In this document: positions 10,175 through 20,311 of the stretch, in pieces
Layout of the letters: each line of letters begins with the position of its first letter
Position numbering within the stretch: the first letter of the stretch is position 1
IMG/VR virus record: IMGVR_UViG_3300021505_000001
Location: 32,001 to 96,000 of that record
Strand: one strand, 5' to 3'
Length of the DNA: 64,000 bases
Source of the DNA: a virus
The notes under the pieces: generated by a model
The model's input: only the letters and a program-made list of their open reading frames with translations
Database searches by the model: none
Told to the model about the DNA's origin: nothing
Position numbers and translations under genes: made by a program

Positions 10175-10693
10175 CTATATAATGTCATCTAAATCTTTTT
10201 TAGTTTTAGCATTTAATATTGCAAGGTATTTGGTTTTTGTTTCATTAAAAGTTATAACACCATATTCTATTATTTCATTTAATAGTGTTTCAATTTCATC
10301 AGCAGTCATTGTTAAGGTTTTTCCATCTTCATATAAAGAAATATCAAATGTTGCAATATTATTTGTTCTCATCCAACGAATAAGCTTTGTATAATCATCT
10401 AAATTTTCTCTTTGACAAGGGAAAGTATTATCAAATGTTTCAGAATAGTAACCTTCCTTATGTTTATTCTTACGGTAATAACGTAATAGATTCAGTTTAT
10501 GTTGGCGGTATTCTTCAATTTTGAACTTTAATTGTCCATCTGTTTTATCAACATAGTAAAAATCTGAACTGTCTGTTGTTATATCAGTGGTATCTTCAAC
10601 TTCTATTACATCCATTTCTTTGGCTAAATTTTCTGGTTCTGTACTAGATATATCAAATACCCTTCCATTATCTTTGTAGTATATTATAAACAT
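10175..10693 (-). CDS. Putative tail fibre assembly chaperone (DUF4376-like)
   Basis: Position between fibre genes; C-terminal MTADEIETLL...ILNAKTKKDLDDII pattern. Confidence 0.55.
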   Translation of the reverse strand: MFIIYYKDNGRVFDISSTEPENLAKEMDVIEVEDTTDITTDSSDFYYVDKTDGQLKFKIEEYRQHKLNLLRYYRKNKHKEGYYSETFDNTFPCQRENLDDYTKLIRWMRTNNIATFDISLYEDGKTLTMTADEIETLLNEIIEYGVITFNETKTKYLAILNAKTKKDLDDII

Positions 10694-10703
10694 ATTTTAT
10701 TTC

Positions 10704-12179
10704 CTACCGTAATATTTCAAATAAAATCCAACTTTGTTCTACACCAACATGAGGGCTTTGATAGTCATCACTACCCCGAAAGACAAGTTCTATGTAATCA
10801 TTTTGTGCTAATTGAATGTAAGTATATGGTATACAACTATTAGCATGTTTAGAATAAATGTAGCCTCTTGTATAAGCTCCAGACATAGTATAATTTAAGA
10901 TAGCACTGCCATTTAATCTTAAAGCAGCTTGCATTGTGTTTCTTGTATTATCACCTGAATCAAGATAATAGAAAATATTATAACATACTAAGCATTGTAA
11001 ATTAGAATTAGCATATAAACGATTGCCAGAACGAGTTATTTGAGAAGCAACAAGTATATTTTTATTAAGATTTAATACTTGCCATGTAGAATTTGATGTT
11101 ATAGTTTGGTCTCCAGATGCACCATACATTATGCGTGGTCTTTCAGTAAAAGAAACTGTAGCAATTCCTCCACCACTATCAGAAGCTTCTATTGGATATA
11201 TAAAATCTAAAGATGTATGAGGTGTGTTTGATATTAGTGAATTATCATCTCTAACTTGAATTGAACTTCCTGAACCGTCAGTACCTTTTTGAGACATTAA
11301 ATCCCAATAATTTGTGTCTGTTGGTGGTTGATAAGCTGTAGTGTTTTGTATACAAACATATGAGGAGCCTTGATATTCTACGGCTTGATTAGTTAAATAA
11401 TTTCTTGTAGAATTCCAAGTACCCTCCCATGTAATATCTCCATCTGCTCCTGGAGGACCTGGTGGTCCTTGTGCCCCAGGACCGCCTACTAATTCTACAA
11501 TTGTAAAAGAAAATGTTCCTGTACTATTGTCAGACATTGTTTTAATAGTTGAATTTCCAACATAACGTCTGGCTCTAACACGAAAACTCTCAATATTTTT
11601 ACAATCTATTATAAAAGAACATGCCCCACCAGTTTCACCTACATTATATTGTCTGTGATAAGTATAAATTAAGCTTCCAGGAACATTATTCCAATCTTGA
11701 CCATTATAATATTGAACAAAAGTCCTTGCACCGCTTCTTGATGTTCCAGAAGTACAATCATATAAAGGTGTTACGATTATTAAACATAATTTATCAGTGG
11801 AAATATTAATATTTCCACTGTTAGTATCTAAATTATCTATAATATTATCATTATAACCTATAGTATCAAAAATAATGGATACATCTGAAGAACCAAGTGT
11901 TGTTTGTGTTGCTTTTATATAACAATAGGCAGATTTAAAAGTAGTTTCATATGGTTCCCAAGCACTATCTGTTTCAGGATTATTTGTAAAAACTCCTTTG
12001 TTATTTGGTGTACTTGTATGTCCAGATTTAACAATATAAAGAAATCCTTTCCATAATACAATCTCTCCTGCAACATATGTTTTGGTTTCATCGAAGAGAC
12101 CATATCCAGGGAACATATCTGAGCCAAGATTATAATCTTTCATATTTTGGTTAGAGGCAGTATAAAAACTATTACTCAT
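10704..12179 (-). CDS. Tail fibre with short collagen Gly-X-Y stretch and CBM5/12-like modules
   Basis: GPGAQGPPGPPGADG; WNSTRNYLTNQAVEYQGSSYVC. Confidence 0.7.
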   Translation of the reverse strand: MSNSFYTASNQNMKDYNLGSDMFPGYGLFDETKTYVAGEIVLWKGFLYIVKSGHTSTPNNKGVFTNNPETDSAWEPYETTFKSAYCYIKATQTTLGSSDVSIIFDTIGYNDNIIDNLDTNSGNINISTDKLCLIIVTPLYDCTSGTSRSGARTFVQYYNGQDWNNVPGSLIYTYHRQYNVGETGGACSFIIDCKNIESFRVRARRYVGNSTIKTMSDNSTGTFSFTIVELVGGPGAQGPPGPPGADGDITWEGTWNSTRNYLTNQAVEYQGSSYVCIQNTTAYQPPTDTNYWDLMSQKGTDGSGSSIQVRDDNSLISNTPHTSLDFIYPIEASDSGGGIATVSFTERPRIMYGASGDQTITSNSTWQVLNLNKNILVASQITRSGNRLYANSNLQCLVCYNIFYYLDSGDNTRNTMQAALRLNGSAILNYTMSGAYTRGYIYSKHANSCIPYTYIQLAQNDYIELVFRGSDDYQSPHVGVEQSWILFEILR

Positions 12180-12258
12180 AATTCAATGTTCCCTGTATTC
12201 ATTAAAGAAGTATAGCTTTTGTTTTTTATGATATGTTTTAAAAATGATAAATTAATAA

Positions 12259-13005
12259 CTAGTTACTATAGTAGTATCTAACTATTAGTTTATCATTTTC
12301 TTGAAGTTGTGTTAGCCCAGAAGCAGTAAAATTTATATGGTTTCCTGAAATAGTATAATCTCCATCTGTAGCATCCTCATCTAATACAATACCATTCAAA
12401 ATAACAAAAACGTGTTTGTCAGAAGAAGGTGTTTGTGAAAGCACAACATATCCATTGTTTATATCTGTATTTGTAAGAATGAATCTATCTGTTTGTTTTG
12501 TAGGTTTTTCTGGAAAACCAAAAGTTCCTATATATCGATAAGCTTTTATTTTGAATGGGGGTGTCCACCCATAAGAGGAGGGATTGTTTTCAAAAATTAA
12601 AACACCTGTTTCATAAAAGAAAAACCAATTAGAAGCATCTGTTGTTGGTATTTCATTGTTATTACTATCAAAAATACGAACTGTGTAGTCTTGACCAAAT
12701 CTAGGGTGTATGAAATGTGTTAATTGCTGTGAACTTATATCACCAGGTGTCTGTTTTGCTTTCCAGCAACGTTCATTTATTACAGTATTATCGAGAGTTA
12801 ATGTTAAGGTATCATAAACTTCAATTACAGATGTTGATGAAGAAGGTGGTGTTGCTATTATATCATCAGTATAAATCTCCGAATTATGAAGATAGGTTGT
12901 AGTAAGAACAAATTCTTCATACCATTTCTTATTAATATCTGTTTCTTCATGTCCTAAAAGAGATTTAAATACCAAATCTAATTTTTGTTGATCAGTTAAT
13001 GGCAT
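12259..13005 (-). CDS. Virion structural protein, paralog of the N-terminus of 13072..16059
   Basis: Shared DLVFK, YEEF, FI.PRF.Q.YTVRIF, NWFF.YE.GVL.FEN.P and YRYIG blocks. Confidence 0.7.
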   Translation of the reverse strand: MPLTDQQKLDLVFKSLLGHEETDINKKWYEEFVLTTTYLHNSEIYTDDIIATPPSSSTSVIEVYDTLTLTLDNTVINERCWKAKQTPGDISSQQLTHFIHPRFGQDYTVRIFDSNNNEIPTTDASNWFFFYETGVLIFENNPSSYGWTPPFKIKAYRYIGTFGFPEKPTKQTDRFILTNTDINNGYVVLSQTPSSDKHVFVILNGIVLDEDATDGDYTISGNHINFTASGLTQLQENDKLIVRYYYSN

Positions 13006-13019
13006 TTGTTTTCTCTATT

Positions 13020-13050
13020 TAAATTGGGGGGTATAAAACCCCCCAATTTA
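13020..13050. terminator. Intergenic hairpin (terminator/attenuator)
   Basis: TAAATTGGGGGG-TATAAAA-CCCCCCAATTTA. Confidence 0.65.
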
Positions 13051-13071
13051 TTTACATATATTAACTTTTAA

Positions 13072-16059
13072 TTACCATCCAATTTCAGCAATCCTTGTAA
13101 TTGAATTTGAATTATTTGCAAGAGTAATTCTTACAAAGTAACGATACCCACTATTAGCAGTGGATAATGTTCCCGCTGTCCAATTTATAATTAAAGAGTT
13201 ACCTGATTGTGAATGACCTGTCATTGCTCCGTCACCATCGGTTCCAGAGAATATAGCGGCGTTATAATCTTTACCTAAATCGAGCCATCCACTTTGAGAA
13301 GGCAGTTTAATTTCAACTTTAACATTTCCATTTGAGATAGCACTCCATGTAATATTATCAAGCTGTAATTGCCCTGAATTATGGGGTGTACTAGCTTGAT
13401 ACATTGATCTATAGTATACCTGATCTCCAGAGAATGTAGAGTAATCTAAACTTGAATTTTGATCTGGATTAGGATAAGTTGAGCTATTCCCACTAGGATA
13501 TACTAATGAACCATTAAATACTTGAGCATCACCATTACTTAAAAGTGCTGTACTATCCCATTGGCCAGTTAAGCTTCCACTTGCATTATCAAAGTTATAA
13601 GAAGAAGGAAGTCTCCTATTTTCATCTTGAAAAATATCATTCAATTCTGTTGAAACATTTCCGTAAGTATTTATTAATCGTGTTTCTGCATTAATACTAC
13701 TAATTCCTTCTCCCCAAGGATCGTAAGGAGTTGTTTCAATACTACCATCGGTTGTTGATACATTACTTTGATTTAAAACTAGTGTTTTAGTTGCGGAAAA
13801 GAGGTCATCATATTGAGGTGGAATAGAAATATTTGCATCATCCCAAATATCTAAGGTAATTGTTCCACCAGGCATACTTATTTCTATTAAATCATTTTCA
13901 ATATATGTATATTCAAATAAGTAGTCAGCACTAACAGTAATATCAAATTCTGTGTTCAGTCCATAAAATTTGACACCTGAGAGGTACTTAAAATTAACTG
14001 TTGCACCTTCAACTGCATTAACATCACCTATTGAGGGTCTTGATGATTCATTATCAACAAATAATGTAGTAGTATTTGTAGCTTCACTTTCATGTTCAAG
14101 GCGTATTTGATGATCACCTACACTTAAGTTACTATTTCCATAGGTTGTTCCAAAACGAACTTCCGCATTACCTTTTTGCCACATTGGAAAGTCATTATAC
14201 TTACCAACGGATGTAACATTTATATACCCAGCCGAAGAAGCTGCTGGTGTATAAGATTGATTCCCGTCTCTTTCAGACTCATTAAAGTAGGACTCTAAAT
14301 CAAAATCATCCATTTGATTATCATCTAAGAAGATTGCCAAACTTCCGGTATCTGCTTGATGAAATTTTGTTGATGGATCGGGTGTAGTCCCTATAAAAGA
14401 AGTATCTCTTGTTATAAAAGAGGTAGAATCTCCTGGATTGAGGTATCCGTTTGTTGGTACACCATCAGAAATTTTACCTGATGTAAATGTAGTACTCCAA
14501 TTTATATCTCCTTCTAAAGGTTCAGCATCATCAGGGGCTAAGTATTTAAGAACTTCATTAATATCGTCAACAGCATCATTTACTTGTGTTGAAGAATTAA
14601 GTCCAAGAAGTCCATCAGTATAAGTACCGTCAGTTGGAACCCCAAGAGGTCCAAGTCCACCACCAAGTGAGAGTGTATAGATTGGACGAACATCTTCTAC
14701 TGTAGAAACGGTATTACTGGCATCTGTAGAAAATCTATATAATGCTTGTCCTGTAAGAGGAGCTGTTTGAGGTGATGCTCCAGAGCTATAGTTAATACTA
14801 CCATTGTTCAAATCAACATATACCATATAATAGGTACTTGCTGTTTGAGACATAGTAAGTGTAGTACTTGTTGTTTTATCACCATCTTTATTGTAAACAC
14901 CTGCACCTACAGTTAAATTGATATTAGTACCGTCAGCAGTGAAAGCTGTAAGCGCAAAATCAATACCTTTAACAGCTCTTGGATCGTCTGTTCGTACTGC
15001 TTCATTTGCAGATGTTTCATTATCTTCACCTAACTTTACTTTACCACCTTGAGTAGTGGTAGCATAAGGTATATCACCTACAATTTGATCAGATGGGAAT
15101 ACAGCATTATCATCAAAAGTTGGCCAATCATTAAATTCCAGAACTTCATAGTATCCCCATATAATATTTGTATTGCTAGGGAAGGCATAGTTTGTTTCGG
15201 TTCCATCTTCTTCAATATAGTAAAAATATAAAGTCCAAGTTCCACCTGATTCGGTAAGACGTCCAAAAACTTTATTTCCATCAGTAGTGAGTACTTCATC
15301 TCTATCAGGATATGTAAGAACAGGACACCTATTATATGGGGTTGTAGTAACAACACCTACAGTTGTTTCATTACCACCAGGTGTTTTTCCACTCATATCA
15401 GAAGTAACATCAACACTATTGTTTCCACCAGTTACAGCAACTGAATTAGCTTCCTTAAGGAAAGCCATTTTTTTGTCAACTGAGGCAGCTGAAGTTTCTA
15501 CTGTTTCACCAATGTAGCGGTAAACTCGTATATGGAACGGTGTTGTGAGTCCTGATGCTTCTGGATCATTTTCAAACATCAACACACCGTTTTCATAATC
15601 AAAGAACCAATTTGTAGGATGTGCTGTAGGAACTTCCTTATTTGTATCTATATTTCCTGAACCATCATCTTCAAATATACGTACAGTATAAGTTTGATCA
15701 AATCTTGGTGGTATGAAACCCTTTAACTGAGTTGAAATATCATTAGGAGTAGAACAAGCTAACCAACCTTTATGATCTGCAACAGTTATATCTTCTGTAA
15801 GTTTTAAATCTGCATAATACTGTACAACACTTGTAGTAACTCCTGGAGCAGGAGTTGGTACAGTTTCCGACCAAACTTCGCCTGCATGCAGGTAAGTTAA
15901 GGCACCAGGGAACTCCTCATAAAAAGCTTTATCTAAGCTAGTGACCCTGCGTCCCTTTATCTTTTTAAAGACAAGATCAGTTTTTGTTTGTTGTGATAAT
16001 GGCATTTCTAAATCCTCCTTATTATTGTTGTTTGAAGTAAATATAGTTAGTATAGGCAT
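13072..16059 (-). CDS. Large virion structural protein (alternative start at 16005)
   Basis: 995 aa; N-terminus paralogous to 12259..13005, C-terminal half paralogous to 16124..17752; SD sequences before both ATGs. Confidence 0.75.
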   Translation of the reverse strand: MPILTIFTSNNNNKEDLEMPLSQQTKTDLVFKKIKGRRVTSLDKAFYEEFPGALTYLHAGEVWSETVPTPAPGVTTSVVQYYADLKLTEDITVADHKGWLACSTPNDISTQLKGFIPPRFDQTYTVRIFEDDGSGNIDTNKEVPTAHPTNWFFDYENGVLMFENDPEASGLTTPFHIRVYRYIGETVETSAASVDKKMAFLKEANSVAVTGGNNSVDVTSDMSGKTPGGNETTVGVVTTTPYNRCPVLTYPDRDEVLTTDGNKVFGRLTESGGTWTLYFYYIEEDGTETNYAFPSNTNIIWGYYEVLEFNDWPTFDDNAVFPSDQIVGDIPYATTTQGGKVKLGEDNETSANEAVRTDDPRAVKGIDFALTAFTADGTNINLTVGAGVYNKDGDKTTSTTLTMSQTASTYYMVYVDLNNGSINYSSGASPQTAPLTGQALYRFSTDASNTVSTVEDVRPIYTLSLGGGLGPLGVPTDGTYTDGLLGLNSSTQVNDAVDDINEVLKYLAPDDAEPLEGDINWSTTFTSGKISDGVPTNGYLNPGDSTSFITRDTSFIGTTPDPSTKFHQADTGSLAIFLDDNQMDDFDLESYFNESERDGNQSYTPAASSAGYINVTSVGKYNDFPMWQKGNAEVRFGTTYGNSNLSVGDHQIRLEHESEATNTTTLFVDNESSRPSIGDVNAVEGATVNFKYLSGVKFYGLNTEFDITVSADYLFEYTYIENDLIEISMPGGTITLDIWDDANISIPPQYDDLFSATKTLVLNQSNVSTTDGSIETTPYDPWGEGISSINAETRLINTYGNVSTELNDIFQDENRRLPSSYNFDNASGSLTGQWDSTALLSNGDAQVFNGSLVYPSGNSSTYPNPDQNSSLDYSTFSGDQVYYRSMYQASTPHNSGQLQLDNITWSAISNGNVKVEIKLPSQSGWLDLGKDYNAAIFSGTDGDGAMTGHSQSGNSLIINWTAGTLSTANSGYRYFVRITLANNSNSITRIAEIGW

Positions 16060-16123
16060 TTTATATAACCTTCCTATTTATAAACATTTAAATTATTTAA
16101 ATGTTTTATTTGTAGAATGTTAA

Positions 16124-17752
16124 TTATTCGAAGTCCCATATTTCCGTAATATTTTTTGTTGAATTTATTAATGTTATTCTGAGAATATACATATTCCCTG
16201 AAGAGGCTGTTGAAAAAGTACCTGAAGTCCAATTTATAGTTAATACATCTCCTGATTGTGAATGACCTGTCATCGCACCGTCATCATCAGCTCCAGTAAA
16301 TATAGCAGCATTATAATCTTTACTTAAATCAAGCCATCCAGTCTGTGAAGGTAATTTCAGATGAATATTTAAATTACTCCCTAAATCACTCCATAAAATT
16401 CCTTTTATACGTAGTTGACCAGAATTATGAGGGTTTCCTGAATCACGAAAAGCTCTAAAATATAATTGATCACCAGTAAATGTAGAGTAGTTTGTTCCTG
16501 CTTGTTGTGGTGAAGGCTCCCATCCATTTGTAAAATCAATTGATGGATATACTAATCTATTTACATATACCTGAGCATTTCCGTTAACTAATACTTGAGA
16601 TGAATCCCATTGTCCTATTATAGAAGAAGGAATAGAGGAATAATCTCCATATGGGAGACGATAAGTTTCATCAACAAAATATTCATGAGTATCAGTTGAA
16701 ATACTGTTATAAGTATTCCATAAACAATAACTACGTGTTATTGAAGATGAAACCCCCCATCCTATTGGGTCCCGTGCTTGGGAAGTAAAAGTAATACTAT
16801 CTCCTGCTCCAATTCTATTACACTGTAAATTGTTTGTATAATTCCACGCATCATTATAATCTGGTGGTGTAGAATATCCACTGGAATGTGTATCATTCCA
16901 GGCTATATTCATATTGTTATGTACTGATGAATAGAATCTTACAGGCAAAGATACATAAGTTTTATCAAAAACTCCAACTACAGATATATCTATCCCCCAT
17001 GAAGTATTTATATCATAGTATTCAATTCCAGACATGAATATTGTACTTTCAGAATTAAGTGTTGCCATAAAACCATCTATTGAGGGTCTTCCTGAATCAT
17101 CAAAAAACAAATTATATGTTGGAGATGAATCATTAGTAGAATCATATGAATGATTTACTCTTATGGAATTCTCACCAACATTAATATCTCCTGATGTTAA
17201 GGAAAAAGAGGCGTTTCCTTTTTGATAAGCAGGAAAATTGTTAAACCAACCTACAGATGTAATAGTTATTCTATTCCCAGAAGATGAAGCTGGTGGATAG
17301 GATTGGTTTCCATTCTTTTCTGATTCATTAAAATGAGAAGCTAAATCAAAACTATCTATAGATGTTCCATTAGTATATACTTCTAAAATACCTTTATCTG
17401 CATTTGAAAAACGAATGTTTGGTTCTGATGTACTAAAATGTATATTTGCTGTAGTAACTATGGTATTTATATACTCCCCAGCACTAAAAGTATTTAAACT
17501 TGAGTGATTTGCTACATAACCACTATAAAATGTTGTTGAGAATGTAATATCATTTAAAGGAGAGGGTGGGTCTGGTAAGAGATAAGCAAGAGTTTCATTA
17601 AGTTTATCTAAAGCATCAGGATGTGAATCATTAGGAGAAATATTTGCAGCTCCATCCTCCCATGAACCATCAGAAGGGGTTCCTATATTTCCACTACTAG
17701 AACTTTCATAATAATCAGGCTTGCCTGTTAAAGGATTATATTTATAAGACAT
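16124..17752 (-). CDS. Virion structural protein, paralog of the C-terminal half of 13072..16059
   Basis: Shared G.P.DG...DG, GNQSY.PASS, QKGNA, KLPSQ.GWLDL.KDYNAAIF and GAMTGHSQSG blocks. Confidence 0.75.
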   Translation of the reverse strand: MSYKYNPLTGKPDYYESSSSGNIGTPSDGSWEDGAANISPNDSHPDALDKLNETLAYLLPDPPSPLNDITFSTTFYSGYVANHSSLNTFSAGEYINTIVTTANIHFSTSEPNIRFSNADKGILEVYTNGTSIDSFDLASHFNESEKNGNQSYPPASSSGNRITITSVGWFNNFPAYQKGNASFSLTSGDINVGENSIRVNHSYDSTNDSSPTYNLFFDDSGRPSIDGFMATLNSESTIFMSGIEYYDINTSWGIDISVVGVFDKTYVSLPVRFYSSVHNNMNIAWNDTHSSGYSTPPDYNDAWNYTNNLQCNRIGAGDSITFTSQARDPIGWGVSSSITRSYCLWNTYNSISTDTHEYFVDETYRLPYGDYSSIPSSIIGQWDSSQVLVNGNAQVYVNRLVYPSIDFTNGWEPSPQQAGTNYSTFTGDQLYFRAFRDSGNPHNSGQLRIKGILWSDLGSNLNIHLKLPSQTGWLDLSKDYNAAIFTGADDDGAMTGHSQSGDVLTINWTSGTFSTASSGNMYILRITLINSTKNITEIWDFE

Positions 17753-17848
17753 TATGAATCACACTCCATTTTATAGTTTATCTAATGTTTTTACAAAGGA
17801 TAAATTATAATTTAAAAGAATTAATTTATTTTTCTGTTTAAAAGAAAA

Positions 17849-17881
17849 AAAGGAATAGAATTAAATAAATTCTATTCCTTT
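17849..17881 (-). terminator. Intrinsic terminator
   Basis: AAGGAATAGAAT-loop-ATTCTATTCCTT with an A-run on its left side. Confidence 0.6.
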
Positions 17882-17919
17882 AAATTTATTCATCTTTAAA
17901 TTATGGATGAATTATGGTA

Positions 17920-18129
17920 TTATACTTCAAGTGATGTTTCACCATATTTAATTGATAAAGTATTATCATCTGTGATTGTTACACGAATATTTTGAGAACC
18001 ATCGAGAACATTTGCAAGGTCTGATGCATTATCTATATTAATTGGTTCTATTTCAAATATGTAACTCTCAGCATTTGGTGGATAATTAATAACTATTGTT
18101 CCTTTGGTTGGTCCATTTGTTCTTGCCAT
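17920..18129 (-). CDS. Small hypothetical (probably late) protein
   Basis: 69 aa, AAGGAGG RBS, TAAAACATT motif upstream. Confidence 0.7.
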   Translation of the reverse strand: MARTNGPTKGTIVINYPPNAESYIFEIEPINIDNASDLANVLDGSQNIRVTITDDNTLSIKYGETSLEV

Positions 18130-18272
18130 TCTATTTCCTCCTTAGATTTTTAAGTACTTATATGTTTCAATTTGCTTAATGTTTTAAGGTTGTAAAAAAT
18201 AATTCTTTAAATAATAATAAAAACATAGTATCCTTACTATAGAAATGTTTTGTTATAACATGGAGATTTAAT

Positions 18273-19211
18273 ATGGAAAAAAGATTGAATCGTTTATGGG
18301 GATGTATTGTTGGTGGAGCTATAGGTGATGCTCTTGGTATTTATAATGAATTTTCTAATATATATGATAGTTCATTTGAAAAAGTGGATACCTACAAAAG
18401 TGGTGGTAAACACAATGTTCCAGCAGGAACATGGTCTGATGATACATCGATGTCTTTATGTACTATACAAAGTCTCATTGAAAAGGAACGATTTGATCCA
18501 GAAGATATTAAAAACAAATTCTTACAATGGTATAGAAGGGGAGATTTTTCATGTAATGGAAAATGTTTTGATATTGGAGTAACTACTCGTAAAGCTATTC
18601 AGGAGTATGAATCTAACCATGTAATATTTAGTACAAAGGACAATATTCTTGAATCAGGTGATGGTTCTTTGATGAGAATTTATCCATTGGCTTTATTTTA
18701 TCATGATAAAGAAGATTTATTTGAGAAAGTTATAATTATGGGGTCTAAACTAACCCATAGTAGTCCATTAGCTGTATATGCCTGTGTTGTATTTTCATAT
18801 TATCTTAAAGCTATTCTTGAAGGGGTTCCTAAAGATATTATAGCGAAGCCATATTTTAAAACAAAAGATGTTAAATGGAAAAAAGGTGAACTCCCTCAAC
18901 AGATTGAAAATATTGTAAAAGGTGGTTGGCAAATAGGAGTAACCCTTAATAATGTGTCTCCTTATTGTGTAGATATATTATCTGTAGTGTTGTACGAATT
19001 CTTTACAAAGAATTCTTTTAAAGAAGGGATGGTATCAATTATAAATAAAGGTGGTGATACAGATACACTTGGGGCTATCTATGGAAATATAGCGGGTTGT
19101 TATTATGGACTTACGAGTATTCCTTCAGAATGGATATATGGTTTACGTAATACTAGAGATATACTGTTAACGGCTGTACCTTTTATAAGAATGATTGTTG
19201 GAGAGTTTTAA
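18273..19211 (+). CDS. ADP-ribosylglycohydrolase (DraG/ARH family)
   Basis: GGAIGDALG, GTWSDDT, CFDIG.TT, GDGSLMR, LTH, GGDTDT..AI.G motifs. Confidence 0.93.
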   Translation: MEKRLNRLWGCIVGGAIGDALGIYNEFSNIYDSSFEKVDTYKSGGKHNVPAGTWSDDTSMSLCTIQSLIEKERFDPEDIKNKFLQWYRRGDFSCNGKCFDIGVTTRKAIQEYESNHVIFSTKDNILESGDGSLMRIYPLALFYHDKEDLFEKVIIMGSKLTHSSPLAVYACVVFSYYLKAILEGVPKDIIAKPYFKTKDVKWKKGELPQQIENIVKGGWQIGVTLNNVSPYCVDILSVVLYEFFTKNSFKEGMVSIINKGGDTDTLGAIYGNIAGCYYGLTSIPSEWIYGLRNTRDILLTAVPFIRMIVGEF

Positions 19212-19212
19212 T

Positions 19213-20304
19213 ATGTTTAAAAAAATACAAATACAAAATTTTCAGGCTCATCAGAATACTATCATAGACCTCACAGATAATGTAAATGTTATATCAGGTC
19301 CTTCTGATTCAGGAAAATCAGCTATTATCAGAGCATTGAAATGGCTTTGTTTTAATAGAGCTAGGGGAGAGTATTTATCTGATTTTGTTGATAAATCAGC
19401 AACAGTATCTGTAAAGGTTTGGTTGGATTCAGGACAGATAATTGAACGCTTTAGAAATAAAAATAATAATGGATACCGAATATGGGATTCTGAAAAGTCT
19501 GATAAATATGAAGAATTTAAAGCCATAAGACAAGATGTTCCAAAAGAAGTAAGAAAATTGTTACAAATAGATGATGTAAACTTTCAGGAACAAATTTTGA
19601 ATCCTTATTTTATGTTGGAAGATACTCCAGGACAAATCACTAAACGTTTTAATAAATTAGGTGGTTTGGAAACAATGGATTTAGCCATTACAATGGCAAA
19701 TCGTTTGGTGTTAAAGAAACGCAAGAAACTTGAAGTATTAAGAGACGAGCTTGATTCTGTAAATCAAGATATAGAAAGAACTGAATGGGTACTGAAAATA
19801 AAAGATGAAATAGAAGAAGTTGAAAATTTAAGAAATGAGATTGATTCTATAGTTAAGATAATACAAACAGCAGAAATTTTATCCTCCCGTTTGGAAAGCA
19901 TTGAAAGTAAACTTTATAAACTGAAAGGCATCGATAAAATAAAAAAGGAGATTGAGGTAATAGATGAAATAAACTTTAAGGTGAACAAGTTTAATTCTAT
20001 AATAGAAAGAATAGATTATTTTATTTCAAGTTTAATAAAACTTACAGATAAAATAACACAGAATAAGAAATTTCTGAAAGTAAAGTCAAACATAGAAAAA
20101 CTAATTGAAACTTATAAAGAAATAAATGACTTAGAAGTTTCAATAGATAGGATATCAGGATATATCCAAAAGTTTAATGATGTACGTGGTAGGTTAAGAA
20201 CAACAAAGCAGGAACTTATTGGCAGAAGAAAGGAATATGAAAATCTATTAAATGTTATTGGGGTTTGTCCTTTATGTAATAGTGTTTTAACACAGAAAGG
20301 ATAG
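19213..20304 (+). CDS. SbcC/Rad50-like ATPase, N-terminal half ending at the CxxC hook
   Basis: IQNFQAH, Walker A GPSDSGKS, coiled coil, terminal CPLC; no Walker B. Confidence 0.85.
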   Translation: MFKKIQIQNFQAHQNTIIDLTDNVNVISGPSDSGKSAIIRALKWLCFNRARGEYLSDFVDKSATVSVKVWLDSGQIIERFRNKNNNGYRIWDSEKSDKYEEFKAIRQDVPKEVRKLLQIDDVNFQEQILNPYFMLEDTPGQITKRFNKLGGLETMDLAITMANRLVLKKRKKLEVLRDELDSVNQDIERTEWVLKIKDEIEEVENLRNEIDSIVKIIQTAEILSSRLESIESKLYKLKGIDKIKKEIEVIDEINFKVNKFNSIIERIDYFISSLIKLTDKITQNKKFLKVKSNIEKLIETYKEINDLEVSIDRISGYIQKFNDVRGRLRTTKQELIGRRKEYENLLNVIGVCPLCNSVLTQKG

Positions 20305-20311
20305 GTTTATT

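Noticed and set aside
10163-10177. Readthrough fusion of 10175..10693 into 9086..10162 (TAG then 12 nt in frame)
   Set aside because: There is a one-in-three chance of being in frame, the downstream gene has its own AGGA and ATG, and the neighbouring TAG junction at 10704 is out of frame.
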